Shown here in pieces: positions 1 to 10,342 of a DNA stretch of 64,000 bases. The position numbers and the translations under genes were made by a program. Source of the stretch: Nibricoccus sp. (GTDB lineage: Bacteria; Verrucomicrobiota; Verrucomicrobiia; Opitutales; Opitutaceae). The notes beneath the pieces were generated by a model, which saw nothing but the letters and a program-made list of their open reading frames with translations, was not told the DNA's origin and ran no database searches. The stretch spans positions 480,001-544,000 of the forward strand of contig JASGHG010000001.1 in assembly GCA_047602425.1 (NCBI GenBank). The letters run 5' to 3'. How positions within the stretch are numbered: the first letter of the stretch is position 1; the number at the start of each line of letters is the position of its first letter.

Positions 1-946
1 TTTCACCTCCCTCATTCCACCCAATTTCGGGAGTGTGCTGCGTGCGGTTTTCTTCGGTTTCGGCATCATCTGCACCTTCATGACCTGTCGTCGGCTGGGA
101 CTTGGCCAACTCGGGCCCGGCGAACGCGCCTGGTTCTTCACCAACCTCGCAATTCAATGTTTCGTAATGATGGCGACGCTGTTTCTCGTTTCGACAGTTT
201 CGCTCTTGTTGCTTGCGTTGGTCGGCTACATCTCGGCAGGCGGCCGCATACCCATTGTCTTCACCGCGCTTTGCCTCGTCGGGCTTGCCGTGCTCCACAA
301 TGGCAAATCCGCTATGCGCGAAAAATACTGGACTGAAACCGGTCGTGTTGTCCCCACGCCAACCGAACTGCCTGCTTTCTACAGCGCATGGTTTAGCCAT
401 GGCTTGAAACCTGAGTCGTCCGAAGGTTCGCAAAAAAAATTAACCGGCAAACTCATCGATCGTACCTCGCTCATCCATATCCTTTGCCTCGTCGCAACCT
501 ACAGTCCGGAGCCGTTGCCCTACCTCCACGGCGATACCTACGCCGATATTCCAGCGCAGTTTGTCCCGCGGCTGGTCTGGCCTAACAAGCCGCTCGGCCA
601 TGTCAGTACCAGCCGACTTTCGGTGTATTATGGCCTTCAGGATGAGGAGGACACGCTGAAGACCACCATCGGCTTCGGGATGGTGAGCGAGGCTTTTGCG
701 AATTTCGGCTTCGCAGGTCTCGCGGGATTGGGCCTGCTTGTTGGTTTCGCTTTCAAGAAAACCATGTCAGCCGCTGCCCGAGGCCCCCTCTTTTCTTATG
801 GTGGCCTGCTCACCATCATTCTCCTCGCGTGGAGTTTTCAGGTAGAATTCACTCTCAGTATCTGGCTGTCATCGCTCTACCAAGCGAGCATAGTCGTGCT
901 CGGCATACCGTTTCTGCTGCGGATGTTTTTTGCGCCATCCTCATGA
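1..946 (+). CDS. Polytopic membrane protein, Wzy/O-antigen polymerase-like (5' truncated by window edge)
   Basis: The frame is open from the window start. Many TM segments; VPRLVWPNKP and GMVSEAFANFG motifs typical of Wzy-like proteins; its TGA overlaps the next ATG (ATGA at 943-946). Confidence 0.6.
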   Translation, partial: FTSLIPPNFGSVLRAVFFGFGIICTFMTCRRLGLGQLGPGERAWFFTNLAIQCFVMMATLFLVSTVSLLLLALVGYISAGGRIPIVFTALCLVGLAVLHNGKSAMREKYWTETGRVVPTPTELPAFYSAWFSHGLKPESSEGSQKKLTGKLIDRTSLIHILCLVATYSPEPLPYLHGDTYADIPAQFVPRLVWPNKPLGHVSTSRLSVYYGLQDEEDTLKTTIGFGMVSEAFANFGFAGLAGLGLLVGFAFKKTMSAAARGPLFSYGGLLTIILLAWSFQVEFTLSIWLSSLYQASIVVLGIPFLLRMFFAPSS

Positions 947-2160
947 GCCTGCTGGCTACCGAACCAACTGGTCCTCGTCTCGCCGTGGTGCTTTCCCATC
1001 CCACGCAATATTACAGCCCGTGGTTTCGCTGGCTGCGCGGCAATACCACTCTCTCGTTCAAGGTCTTCTACCTTTCCGACATCGGGCTGCATTCTTCACG
1101 CGACGAAAAATTCGGTACTCAGTTCGCCTGGGACACCGATTTGACGAGTGGTTACGACTACGAAATCGTTCCCAATGTGGCGGCAGAGCCGTCTGTGTTG
1201 CGTTTCAATGGCCTTAAAAATCCCGAATTGCCAGCGCGACTGCGCGAATGGAAACCCGATGCCATCCTGCTTTTCGGCTACAACTATTACACACATCTAA
1301 AACTCGTTTACTGGGCGCGCCTGCATCGCATTCCTCTCATCTTTCGTGGCGACTCCCATTTATTGGGCAGGAAAAAATTGTCCCTGATAAAAAGTTTTGT
1401 TCTGCGACAGCTTTATCGTCGCTTTGCCTCCATCACTTATGTGGGCAACTCCAACAACCACTATTTCCGCAAACTCGGCGTTCCCCATGCCAAGCTTTTT
1501 TTTGCGCCGCACGCTGTAGATGCCAGTCATTTTTCGCCCGACAATCCGCAACACCAGGAACGCGCCTTGGCTCTGAGAAAAGTATTGGGACTGGAGTCAT
1601 CAACCCGCGTGGTGCTTTTTGCGGGAAAGCTCATTCGCGCCAAGCAGCCGCACGTCCTGCTCGAAACATTTATTCAACTTCAACCCACAAACACCGCGCT
1701 TGTTTTCGTCGGCGATGGGGAGGAAAAGACCACGCTCCAAGCCCGCGCCGCCTCACGCCCGGATGTCGCCGTGCACTTCCTCCCGTTCGCCAACCAGAGT
1801 GAGATGCCTGCGATCTACTTGCTGGCCGACCTTTTCGTTCTGCCTTCGCGCAGTCACTACGAAACCTGGGGCCTCGCGGTCAATGAAGCGATGCATATGG
1901 GCGTACCCTGCCTGGTCAGCGATCTTGTGGGCTGCCAGGCCGACCTCGTCACCGATCGCAAAACGGGCTGGGTTTTCCGCGCGGATTCAAACGAACATTT
2001 TCGTTCCAAACTTAACGAAGCGCTCGCCACGATAGAGGGTCACCGCCGCGTCCTCCGCTCGGCCGTACTCGAACGCATTTCAAACTACGGTTACGAGCAA
2101 GCATCGTCCGGACTTATCGCCGCACTGCGCCACGCGACGCGTGCGACTTCATCCCATTGA
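943..2160 (+). CDS. Glycosyltransferase family 4
   Basis: VLFAGKL...K and ETWGLAVNEAM motifs. Start moved to ATG 943, coupled to the upstream stop. Confidence 0.9.
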   Translation: MSLLATEPTGPRLAVVLSHPTQYYSPWFRWLRGNTTLSFKVFYLSDIGLHSSRDEKFGTQFAWDTDLTSGYDYEIVPNVAAEPSVLRFNGLKNPELPARLREWKPDAILLFGYNYYTHLKLVYWARLHRIPLIFRGDSHLLGRKKLSLIKSFVLRQLYRRFASITYVGNSNNHYFRKLGVPHAKLFFAPHAVDASHFSPDNPQHQERALALRKVLGLESSTRVVLFAGKLIRAKQPHVLLETFIQLQPTNTALVFVGDGEEKTTLQARAASRPDVAVHFLPFANQSEMPAIYLLADLFVLPSRSHYETWGLAVNEAMHMGVPCLVSDLVGCQADLVTDRKTGWVFRADSNEHFRSKLNEALATIEGHRRVLRSAVLERISNYGYEQASSGLIAALRHATRATSSH

Positions 2161-3554
2161 CCCTCCGAACTTCAAAAATTGAAACGCTCACCTTGCTGCA
2201 TGTCGTAGTGATGGGCGTGCTCGCAACGTGGTTTCTTGGCGGCGGTTCTTACTCGGCCCGTCTTACACTCTGCGTAATCGGCAGCCTCGCTCCCGCGCTG
2301 CTTCTCGCCGGCCTGATCGATCGACGAGCGCGTGGTGAACCGTTTTTTCGATCGCTTCTTCCGCTTATTCCATGGTTCGGGTTCAACATAATCGTGCTGC
2401 TCGGTCTGCTTCATCCGAGTTTTCGCCGAGCCACCGTGGAGGGTATCACGGTGTTCATTCCCAATGCCACGGCGGGCGGCTGGCCGGAGAGTGCCCGGCC
2501 GGATTTGGCCGTTCTGGAACTCTGGCTGCTCAATGCGCTCATTCTCACTCCCTTTAACTTGCTCATCAATGTCCGCCATCGCAGCACCCTGCACACACTA
2601 TTCTTCATCCTGGCGGTCAATGCTCTCATCCTCGCCGTTTTTGGTTCTTTTCAGAAGTTCGTCGACGCTTCCGGCCTGTTCTTCGGGGCAGTCGCTTCGC
2701 CCAATACGACGTTCTTCAGTAGTTTTATCTATCACAATCACTGGGGCGCCTTCGTCGTACTAAGTCTGTCGATTTGCCTTGGCTTGCTCTTCAGCCTGCG
2801 GCCGTGGTCGGGCTCGCGGGATTTCTGGCATTCGCCCGCGTTGGCAGCGGTCGTCGCTATTTTTCTGCTCGCTTTAGCAGTTCCCTTGAGTGGCGCTCGC
2901 GCCTGCACGTTTCTCGCGGCACTTCTTCTTGCCGCTGGATTCATGCAAGGACTTCGACGCATCACAAGCTATCAAAAAGATCGTGGACGGTCCGTTATTG
3001 GACCTGGATTTCTCGTCGCCCTCACCCTGCTCGCCGTACTGACTTCGACCTATTTCCTCGCCCGGGAGGTGATCGAAACTCGTCTTGCGGACACTCGCGC
3101 ACAACTTTCCGAAGTCCGCGATACAGGCAGCATTGGCTCGCGCGGTGTACTGTATAGCGATACCTGGCGCATGGCACTCGATAAACCGTGGTTCGGCTGG
3201 GGACTCGGTTCATATGCCACTGTTTTCAGATCGTACAACAGCCAGATCGGCGGTGAAGGACTTCCTCATTTCTACGAATACGCTCATTCGGATTGGCTTC
3301 AGCTTTTTGCGGAAACCGGCGTCGTTGGAACGGCGTTCTACCTGACTTTCTTAATCCTCGTTCTGCAGCCGCTCCGACGCTGGCACGGTAACAATGAACT
3401 TCCCGCTTACCTACTCCTTGGCTGTGGACTGATTGCGTTATACGCGTGCATCGAATTTCCCTTTGGCAACCCCGCCGTGACCCTGATTTTTTGGACCTGC
3501 TTGATGGGTTCTGTCCGATGGGTCAAGCTGACCGCAACCTCCCTGCATCGCTAA
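2157..3554 (+). CDS. O-antigen ligase family (Wzy_C) protein
   Basis: Multi-TM; PWFGWGLGSY and AHSDWLQLFAETGVVG motifs. Confidence 0.85.
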   Translation: MTLRTSKIETLTLLHVVVMGVLATWFLGGGSYSARLTLCVIGSLAPALLLAGLIDRRARGEPFFRSLLPLIPWFGFNIIVLLGLLHPSFRRATVEGITVFIPNATAGGWPESARPDLAVLELWLLNALILTPFNLLINVRHRSTLHTLFFILAVNALILAVFGSFQKFVDASGLFFGAVASPNTTFFSSFIYHNHWGAFVVLSLSICLGLLFSLRPWSGSRDFWHSPALAAVVAIFLLALAVPLSGARACTFLAALLLAAGFMQGLRRITSYQKDRGRSVIGPGFLVALTLLAVLTSTYFLAREVIETRLADTRAQLSEVRDTGSIGSRGVLYSDTWRMALDKPWFGWGLGSYATVFRSYNSQIGGEGLPHFYEYAHSDWLQLFAETGVVGTAFYLTFLILVLQPLRRWHGNNELPAYLLLGCGLIALYACIEFPFGNPAVTLIFWTCLMGSVRWVKLTATSLHR

Positions 3555-3557
3555 ATT

Positions 3558-4388
3558 ATGTACTCCGTCGTCATTCTTACGCTTAACGAGGAGAGAAATT
3601 TACCTGCGTGCCTGGCCAGTCTCACCGGCTGCAATGACATTGTCGTGCTCGATTCCGGCTCAACCGATCGCACACAGGCGATTGCCAAGGCTGCCGGCGC
3701 ACGCGTTGTCGAACGCCGTTTCACAAATTTTGGCGACCAGCGAAACTTCGCCAACGCCCATATTCCCTTCAAAAATGACTGGGTGTTCCATCTCGATGCC
3801 GACGAGCAAATGACTCTCGAACTCCATCGCGAATGCTCGGGTCTCTCCGCACAGGGTCCGGGCGGCATCGATGGTTTCATGGTTGCTCCCCGCATGTTTT
3901 ACCACGGCCGGTGGATTCCGCATTGCACCGATTATCCGGCTTTTCAGGCACGCTTCGTCCATCCGCGGCGGTTCCGTTTCATTCAGGCCGGACATGGCCA
4001 GCGCGAAGATCCGACGATGCACATGGGTATCCTAAACGGCAATTATCTGCACAATCTTTCCGCTGACACCGATGAGGAACTCGAAGCCAAACATCGTCGT
4101 TACGCCGTGCAGGAAGCCGAAGCTTTCCTAAACCGTGCGCCAAATCCAACGCCTCTCTGGCGCAGACTTTTTTCTTCCGATAAACTGGTTCGTCGCCGCG
4201 CACTCAAGCACCTAAGCCAGCGGCTCCCCATGCGCGGCCCGCTGCGCTTCATCTATCAGTATCTCTGGCGACATGGCTTCCTCGACGGCATAGCCGGGCT
4301 TCGCTATTGTCTCCTGCTATCCCGTTATGAAAGCTGGATCGCCCAAGAAATCCGCCGTCAAAAACGCGAACATCGCAACACTCCATGA
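3558..4388 (+). CDS. Glycosyltransferase family 2 (WaaE/KdtX-like)
   Basis: SVVILTLNEE, DSGSTDRT and FHLDADE motifs. Confidence 0.9.
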   Translation: MYSVVILTLNEERNLPACLASLTGCNDIVVLDSGSTDRTQAIAKAAGARVVERRFTNFGDQRNFANAHIPFKNDWVFHLDADEQMTLELHRECSGLSAQGPGGIDGFMVAPRMFYHGRWIPHCTDYPAFQARFVHPRRFRFIQAGHGQREDPTMHMGILNGNYLHNLSADTDEELEAKHRRYAVQEAEAFLNRAPNPTPLWRRLFSSDKLVRRRALKHLSQRLPMRGPLRFIYQYLWRHGFLDGIAGLRYCLLLSRYESWIAQEIRRQKREHRNTP

Positions 4389-5608
4389 ACGCCGGGCAAA
4401 AGATCGTCTTTGTTAATCGCTTCTACTGGCCGGACGAGCCTGCGACCGCGCAATTGCTCACGGATCTCGCCGAGGCGCTCGCTGCCGCCGGACACGCCGT
4501 CAATATCGTCACGAGCCAGCCGCCCCACGCATCTCTGCCAGCGCACGAAACGCGCAATGGTGTTTTGATTCACCGGATTTCCGGCCTGCGTTTCAAACGC
4601 AATAATGCTGCGCTGAAAGCCCTCGCGTTTCTCTCCTTTGCCCGCGGGGCTCTGCGCACAATCGATTCCATACTCCAGCCAGGAGACGTGCTCGTTGTCA
4701 TGACTGATCCGCCTCTGCTTGGTGTTTTTGCATCCTCTCTCGCTAAAAAACGCGGCGCACGACTCGTCCACTGGCTCCAGGATGTTTACCCGGAAATAGC
4801 GATAGCGGTCGGTACGGCAAAATTCGCCGGCATGTTCCGCTCCAAACGCGACCGTGCCTGGCAAGCCGCCGATATTTGTGTCGTGCCCGGCGAAGACATG
4901 GCCGCATTCGTCCGCTCACGCGGAGCGAATCCTGAAACCGCGCTCGTCTCGCCCAACTGGGCTCCTACCGGACTTGAAGCCGCACCGGCCGACGCCCTGC
5001 GCCGCGACTGGGGGCTCGCCGGAAAATTCATCGTCATGTATTCCGGCAACCTAGGCCGCGTGCATGATTTGCATCCGGTACTCGCCCTCGCGGAGGCGCT
5101 GCGCAGCGAGACCGACATTGTATTTCTTTTTGTGGGCGACGGCGCGCAACGTGCAAACCTTCAGGCAACAGCCGAGCGTCGTGGCCTGCGCAATGTTGTC
5201 TTCAAACCCGCACAACCTCGCCATCGCCTTGGTCCCACGCTTTCCCTCGCCAACCTCCACCTTGTCACGCTGCGCGCGGGCTGTGAACAGCTCGTTTTCC
5301 CCAGCAAACTTTATGGCATTGCCGCCGTCGGCCGGCCTGTGCTCTACATCGGTCCGAAGGACTGTGAACTCGCCCGCATGATCGAGGTCCGCGGTTTTGG
5401 CCGCTCCTTTGCCCGAAGCGAAACCAAGCCTGCGATCCAAACCATCCTCCATCTTCGGCATGCCCCAGCCGATTGCGCTCGCATGGGCAAATCAGCGTTG
5501 GCGTTTTCGCAGGAAACTGGCGGCCTCGCTGCTGCCGCGTCGACTTGGGATCGTTTGCTCAGCGGTCTGAAGTCACTTGCGCCGACTTCGCCCCAGCCCC
5601 AAAAGTGA
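4385..5608 (+). CDS. Glycosyltransferase family 4 (WbuB/WcaI-like)
   Basis: NRFYWPD, QDVYPE, YSGNLGRVH and PSKLYG motifs. Confidence 0.9.
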   Translation: MNAGQKIVFVNRFYWPDEPATAQLLTDLAEALAAAGHAVNIVTSQPPHASLPAHETRNGVLIHRISGLRFKRNNAALKALAFLSFARGALRTIDSILQPGDVLVVMTDPPLLGVFASSLAKKRGARLVHWLQDVYPEIAIAVGTAKFAGMFRSKRDRAWQAADICVVPGEDMAAFVRSRGANPETALVSPNWAPTGLEAAPADALRRDWGLAGKFIVMYSGNLGRVHDLHPVLALAEALRSETDIVFLFVGDGAQRANLQATAERRGLRNVVFKPAQPRHRLGPTLSLANLHLVTLRAGCEQLVFPSKLYGIAAVGRPVLYIGPKDCELARMIEVRGFGRSFARSETKPAIQTILHLRHAPADCARMGKSALAFSQETGGLAAAASTWDRLLSGLKSLAPTSPQPQK

Positions 5609-5612
5609 CTTC

Positions 5613-6965
5613 ATGTTAGTCGGACGCAAAACCACGCTGGCCATTTTCTTTCTCGACGTCTTGTCGCTGGCATGCGCGTTCAACGCCATTCGTACCGTCT
5701 ACGAGTTCAATGATCTCATTGTCATTCCTTTGATGGTGCCTTGCGGTCTGCTCATCGTCGCCTTGTACCTGATAGATGGATACAAACTCCGCACCGACAT
5801 GCTCGGGCTGGACTATGCAAGCCAGCATATGATCGCGCTGCTCTCGGCGATGCTCGCGACTCTTTTGGTTACTTTCGCGGTCATACCCAGCGGCTACCCT
5901 CTTCAGCAAAGCCGCTCCGTCATCACGCTAAGTTTCTTGATCCTCGCTCCGGTAACTTTGGGGTACCGGCGTTTTTTCTACGGCCGCCATATTCGCCGCC
6001 GCCAGCAACGCAGTTTTGTTTTTCTCGGAGATCGATCCAGCGCGCAGGCTTTTCAGGAAGAATGCACGCTTGTCGGTATGACCCAGCCGGTAATTCATGT
6101 GCTGCCCAACAATCAGGAACCTGCCCAACCTTCAGCCACCGCCATGAGCTTCCCTCAGCTCATGGAAAATTTGCGCAACGGCCAGATCGATGTGGAGGCT
6201 ATCATCCTGCGTGAATCAAATCACGACGTCAGTCCCGAGACTTCTCAGGAATTGGTCGATCTTTACTTCAGTGGCGTCCCCTCCTTCACGCTCGAACTTT
6301 TCCATCAAATCTACTGGCGCAAAATTCCCCTCTACCGGCTGAATCAAACGTGGTTGTTTCAGGAAGGATTCGAAATTGCGAGGGAACCGGTTTACGAACG
6401 TCTCAAACGCCTCAGCGACATTTTTCTTTCCCTGTTTGGCCTCGTCTTCGCCGCACCTGTGCTAGCTGCCGCCGCGGTCGCCATTTGGCTGGAAGACCGG
6501 GGTCCGGTTTTCTTCAAACAAACTCGTATCGGCAAAAATCGCGCCCCTTTCACTGTCTACAAACTCCGTACGATGCGTCAAAACGTCACCGGCATTCCCT
6601 ATGCACAGCAGGTGGACAACCGCATCACTCGTGTCGGTCGGTTTCTGCGGATGAGTCGGATCGACGAATTTCCCCAGCTTCTCAATGTGTTCAATGGCGA
6701 TATGAGCTTGATCGGGCCACGCGCGGAATGGGACCGCCTTGTCGCCGATTACGAAAAACAAATTTCCTGCTACCATTTCCGCCACCTTGTGCGTCCCGGC
6801 ATCACGGGGTGGGCCCAAGTGAACTATCCGTACGGCGCCAGTATCGACGACACGCTGCGCAAACTGGAATACGACCTCTACTATATCCGCCACTTTTCTT
6901 TCCGCCTCGACGCGTCAATTATCCTAAAAACCCTTCACGTGATGCTTTTCGGCAAAGGGCGCTGA
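5613..6965 (+). CDS. Priming polyprenyl-phosphate sugar-1-phosphate transferase (WcaJ/WbaP family)
   Basis: N-terminal TMs, then KLRTM, RIDEFPQLLNV, GDMSLIGPR, RPGITGWAQV and KLEYDLYYI. Confidence 0.92.
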   Translation: MLVGRKTTLAIFFLDVLSLACAFNAIRTVYEFNDLIVIPLMVPCGLLIVALYLIDGYKLRTDMLGLDYASQHMIALLSAMLATLLVTFAVIPSGYPLQQSRSVITLSFLILAPVTLGYRRFFYGRHIRRRQQRSFVFLGDRSSAQAFQEECTLVGMTQPVIHVLPNNQEPAQPSATAMSFPQLMENLRNGQIDVEAIILRESNHDVSPETSQELVDLYFSGVPSFTLELFHQIYWRKIPLYRLNQTWLFQEGFEIAREPVYERLKRLSDIFLSLFGLVFAAPVLAAAAVAIWLEDRGPVFFKQTRIGKNRAPFTVYKLRTMRQNVTGIPYAQQVDNRITRVGRFLRMSRIDEFPQLLNVFNGDMSLIGPRAEWDRLVADYEKQISCYHFRHLVRPGITGWAQVNYPYGASIDDTLRKLEYDLYYIRHFSFRLDASIILKTLHVMLFGKGR

Positions 6966-6978
6966 CTCTTCATTCACC

Positions 6979-7626
6979 TTGGATACCTCCTATCTCCAAA
7001 AAGGCCTCTCGCTCGCCGCGAGCTTCCTGCGTTCACCGACGCAGATTGGTCCCTATCTGAAATATAATCCGCTTTGGGGTCGGCAGCCCATCGACGTCGG
7101 CCTTCCGTGGATTTCCTTCGGTGCTTTGAAGTTTCTCGATTGTTTTCTTCGGCCCGAACATGAGGTCTTCGAATTCGGCGGCGGTGGATCCACGCTCTAC
7201 TTTGCCCGACGAACCCGCCACGTGCTCACGATGGAAAGCCATCCCGATTGGCACAAAACCCTTACAGCAGCCCTCGCAGAAAAGCAGTTTCGTCACGTCA
7301 CCTGCGAATTGCATCCCATCAGCGGCGACGAAGCCTCTAAATTCCGCAACGATGCTTTTTTCCAACGCGTGCACGCGCAACTGTGGGATGTGATCCTCAT
7401 CGATTGCTACTGCGGGTATTCAAAAACTCGCTACGGTCTGACCAGGCCTCACGCTTTCGAACTCGCTCAACACCAAGTTAAGCCCGGCGGAATCATCGTG
7501 CTCGACGATTCCTGGATGTTTCCCGAACTGACCGCGGCAAAATCCGGCTGGCGCATCACCGACTACATCGGTCCCGGGCCCTGCCGGCTCGGCGTCACTT
7601 CCACCGCAATTTTCGAAAAACTCTGA
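6979..7626 (+). CDS. Class I SAM-dependent methyltransferase-like protein
   Basis: VFEFGGGGST motif I; DVILID; KPGGIIVLDD. Confidence 0.75.
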   Translation: MDTSYLQKGLSLAASFLRSPTQIGPYLKYNPLWGRQPIDVGLPWISFGALKFLDCFLRPEHEVFEFGGGGSTLYFARRTRHVLTMESHPDWHKTLTAALAEKQFRHVTCELHPISGDEASKFRNDAFFQRVHAQLWDVILIDCYCGYSKTRYGLTRPHAFELAQHQVKPGGIIVLDDSWMFPELTAAKSGWRITDYIGPGPCRLGVTSTAIFEKL

Positions 7627-9008
7627 TGCAATACGACCTCCTCGTCCTCGGTGCCGGCAGCGCCGGCTTCAACGCGGCTCGCCTCGCCCACAGTCTCGGC
7701 AAACGCGTCGCTCTCGTCGACGGCGCGCGCCAACTCGGCGGCCTCTGCATTCTCCGCGGCTGCATGCCTTCGAAAACGCTCCTCTACATGGCCGAGGTAC
7801 TCCATCTCGCGCAAAAAGGTAAAACTTTCGGCCTCAAAATTCCCCGTGCCACTGCCGATATGAAGGCGATTCACGCGCGCAAAAAAGCCATCATCGCCGA
7901 TTTCGCCTCCTATCGCGAAAAAGCCCTCGATTCCAACAAATGGGATCTCTTCCGCAGCCATGCCCGTTTCGTCGACCCCCACACAGTGGAACTTGTCGAT
8001 GGCAAAAGACTGTCTGCAAAAAAAATCCTCATCGCAACGGGTTCTCGTGTCGCCACGCCGCCTCTTCCCGGCCTGGCCGAAACACCTGCTTGGACCAGCG
8101 ATGACGTACTTGACCTCGATTTTATTCCAAAAAGCGTAATCGTGCTCGGTGGTGGCATCGTCGCCTGTGAACTCGCGCAGTTCCTCAATCGCATCGGCAG
8201 TCGCGTCACTCTCATTCAACGCAGTCCCAATATTCTTCGCGATCACTCGTCCCAGGCCAGCGAGGTTGTGCAACAGGCGTTTCGTGACGAGGGCATCGAA
8301 TTATTCACCGATACGAAAATCGAAAAAATCTCCGGCGATAATAAATCCGTCTCCGTTCGCTTTGCCACTGGGGGGAAAACCATTACCCGCCGGGCCGCGC
8401 ATCTTTTCAATGCCCTTGGTCGCGAACCCGACACCGCGGCGCTCGATCTGGCGGCGGCCGGGGTGAAAACGAGCCCATCGGGACGTGTCGCAACGAACCG
8501 TTTTCAACGCACCAACGTCCCGCACATCTACGCCGCCGGCGATGTCGCGGGCCCGTATGACATTGTTCACCTGGCTATTGCCCAAGGTGAACTCGCCGTG
8601 CGCCATGCCTTCGGCTCCAAAGGCGCTAAACCGATCGACAATCGTCTTGTGCTCAATGTCGTTTTCACCGATCCCCAACTCGCCACCATCGGTTATCTCG
8701 AAAGTGACCTGCGCGAAAAAAAGGTGCCGTATTTGTCCGCTGAATACCCTTTCAACGATCACGGCAAATCAATCCTCATGGATGCCAACTACGGCTATGT
8801 GAAGGTCCTGGCCGATCCGAAAAGCGGCAGAATTCTCGGAGCCGAAATTGTCGGAAAGGACGCCGGCGAACTCATCCATTGCTTCAGCGGTCCGCTCGCG
8901 ATGCGAGCCACGGTTTTTGATCTGCTCAAGGCGCCGTGGTATCATCCGACGCTCGCCGAGATCATCACCTATCCGCTCGAAGAAATCGCCGACGCGATCA
9001 AAAACTAA
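7626..9008 (+). CDS. Pyridine nucleotide-disulfide oxidoreductase (dihydrolipoamide dehydrogenase family)
   Basis: GAGSAG FAD site, GGLCILRGCMPSK redox disulfide, C-terminal HPTLAE. Confidence 0.9.
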   Translation: MQYDLLVLGAGSAGFNAARLAHSLGKRVALVDGARQLGGLCILRGCMPSKTLLYMAEVLHLAQKGKTFGLKIPRATADMKAIHARKKAIIADFASYREKALDSNKWDLFRSHARFVDPHTVELVDGKRLSAKKILIATGSRVATPPLPGLAETPAWTSDDVLDLDFIPKSVIVLGGGIVACELAQFLNRIGSRVTLIQRSPNILRDHSSQASEVVQQAFRDEGIELFTDTKIEKISGDNKSVSVRFATGGKTITRRAAHLFNALGREPDTAALDLAAAGVKTSPSGRVATNRFQRTNVPHIYAAGDVAGPYDIVHLAIAQGELAVRHAFGSKGAKPIDNRLVLNVVFTDPQLATIGYLESDLREKKVPYLSAEYPFNDHGKSILMDANYGYVKVLADPKSGRILGAEIVGKDAGELIHCFSGPLAMRATVFDLLKAPWYHPTLAEIITYPLEEIADAIKN

Positions 9009-9031
9009 AACCACGTCCCATCTCCTTATCG

Positions 9032-9063
9032 AAAAAAGGCCGGCTCTTCGCCGGCCTTTTTTT
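9032..9063. terminator. Bidirectional intrinsic terminator
   Basis: A6-GGCCGGC-tcttc-GCCGGCC-T7 between convergent genes. Confidence 0.88.
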
Positions 9064-9095
9064 CGTTTCTCAATTTTCCGCATACCGCGCCCGGC

Positions 9096-10340
9096 TCATC
9101 CAAGTTGGAAGTACGAATACAACGCCCCCGCTCCAAGCCCGGCCCCGACGCTCAATCGCAGGATTGAAGTAACGTTGAAGCGCATCCAAGGAGCAAGCAA
9201 CGGAACGAGAAAGACCATCGTCATTCCCACATATCGACTGGAAAAAAGCGCCGTCACTGCGCCGCAAGCCAGGCATAGTCCAAGAGTACTGCCCGCGTAA
9301 CCCCAGAACCGGCGGCTGCGGTTGCGCCAGGCTTCAAGCAAAGTCGCCAGAGGAAACGCGACACCTGCCGCGACAAACAGCAGGGTGCCTGTCGCTTCAA
9401 GCAGGTGCATAAGCACCGGCATGCCGGTCAGTTTTTGCACCGAAGTCAGCATCGTGAAGTGAATGACCGAAAGCCACAAATTGATCGCTCCCGCCACCGT
9501 TGCAGCCGGCAGAATAATTTTCCAACGCACAAGATAATAACCAGGTGCAAGGAACAATGTCATCACCCCGACATAAGCCAGGGCATAGAACACGTGCGCG
9601 AAATTGAAACCTCCGTCGCCCATGTAAGCGAGTTTGGGCGGCAACAGTCCGCCCCACACCCACACCAGCCCGACTAGCGGTACCAACCCAATCGCGACCG
9701 CTGCCAGCGCTAAAAAAAATCGCCGCCTGTCGCCTGCCGCCAGCAGCGCCATGCCGGGCAGCGCGGCCAGGTAGGTCTGGCGCCCCATTGTCGCTACCGC
9801 CACGCCCAAAATCAGAACCAGCGCCATGCGCCAATCTGCCTCTTTTTCTTCGCCTAGTCGCAGCGCAGCCCAACACGCGATGGCCGCACCGCACTGCGCC
9901 GGCATCTCAGTCAATGCAAGGCCGGACAAAACCCAAGTGGTCGGCATCGCCAGTGTCGTGAGCGCACAGGCCCAAAAATTACTTTGGCCCAAACGTCGCA
10001 GCTGGGACACGATCAGCAAAATCGACGCCGCTAGCAGCACCAGGTTTGGCACCCTAAACCAAGGCGTTGGCCATGCACCTTGCCCCAGGGCGAGCGCGTA
10101 GTGCATGAGCGCATACAAGGGTCCGGTGGCGCTGGTGTCGTTTTCCACCAGCCAGTTGCGGAAAGAGCCCGGCTGCGCGAGGGCAAATGCCCGTGAAAGG
10201 TGCAACCCTTCGTCAAAAAATGGCGGTCGTGAACGCGTCAGCACAAACACGCAAAGCGCGATGTAGGCCGTGCATGCAACCAACACCCAGAGCCAAGGCT
10301 GTTCTATCGCAGACCTGGGTTTTGCCGTCTGCGTTTCCAT
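9096..10340 (-). CDS. Polytopic membrane protein, GT-C/ArnT-PMT-like
   Basis: Start METQTAK 2 nt after the hisA stop; first TM followed by FFDEGLH (DE motif); about 11 hydrophobic segments. Confidence 0.6.
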   Translation of the reverse strand: METQTAKPRSAIEQPWLWVLVACTAYIALCVFVLTRSRPPFFDEGLHLSRAFALAQPGSFRNWLVENDTSATGPLYALMHYALALGQGAWPTPWFRVPNLVLLAASILLIVSQLRRLGQSNFWACALTTLAMPTTWVLSGLALTEMPAQCGAAIACWAALRLGEEKEADWRMALVLILGVAVATMGRQTYLAALPGMALLAAGDRRRFFLALAAVAIGLVPLVGLVWVWGGLLPPKLAYMGDGGFNFAHVFYALAYVGVMTLFLAPGYYLVRWKIILPAATVAGAINLWLSVIHFTMLTSVQKLTGMPVLMHLLEATGTLLFVAAGVAFPLATLLEAWRNRSRRFWGYAGSTLGLCLACGAVTALFSSRYVGMTMVFLVPLLAPWMRFNVTSILRLSVGAGLGAGALYSYFQLG

Positions 10341-10342
10341 GC

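Noticed and set aside
7626..9008. Mercuric reductase merA
   Set aside because: No N-terminal HMA domain, no C-terminal Cys-Cys pair and no mer genes nearby; it has HPTxxE instead.
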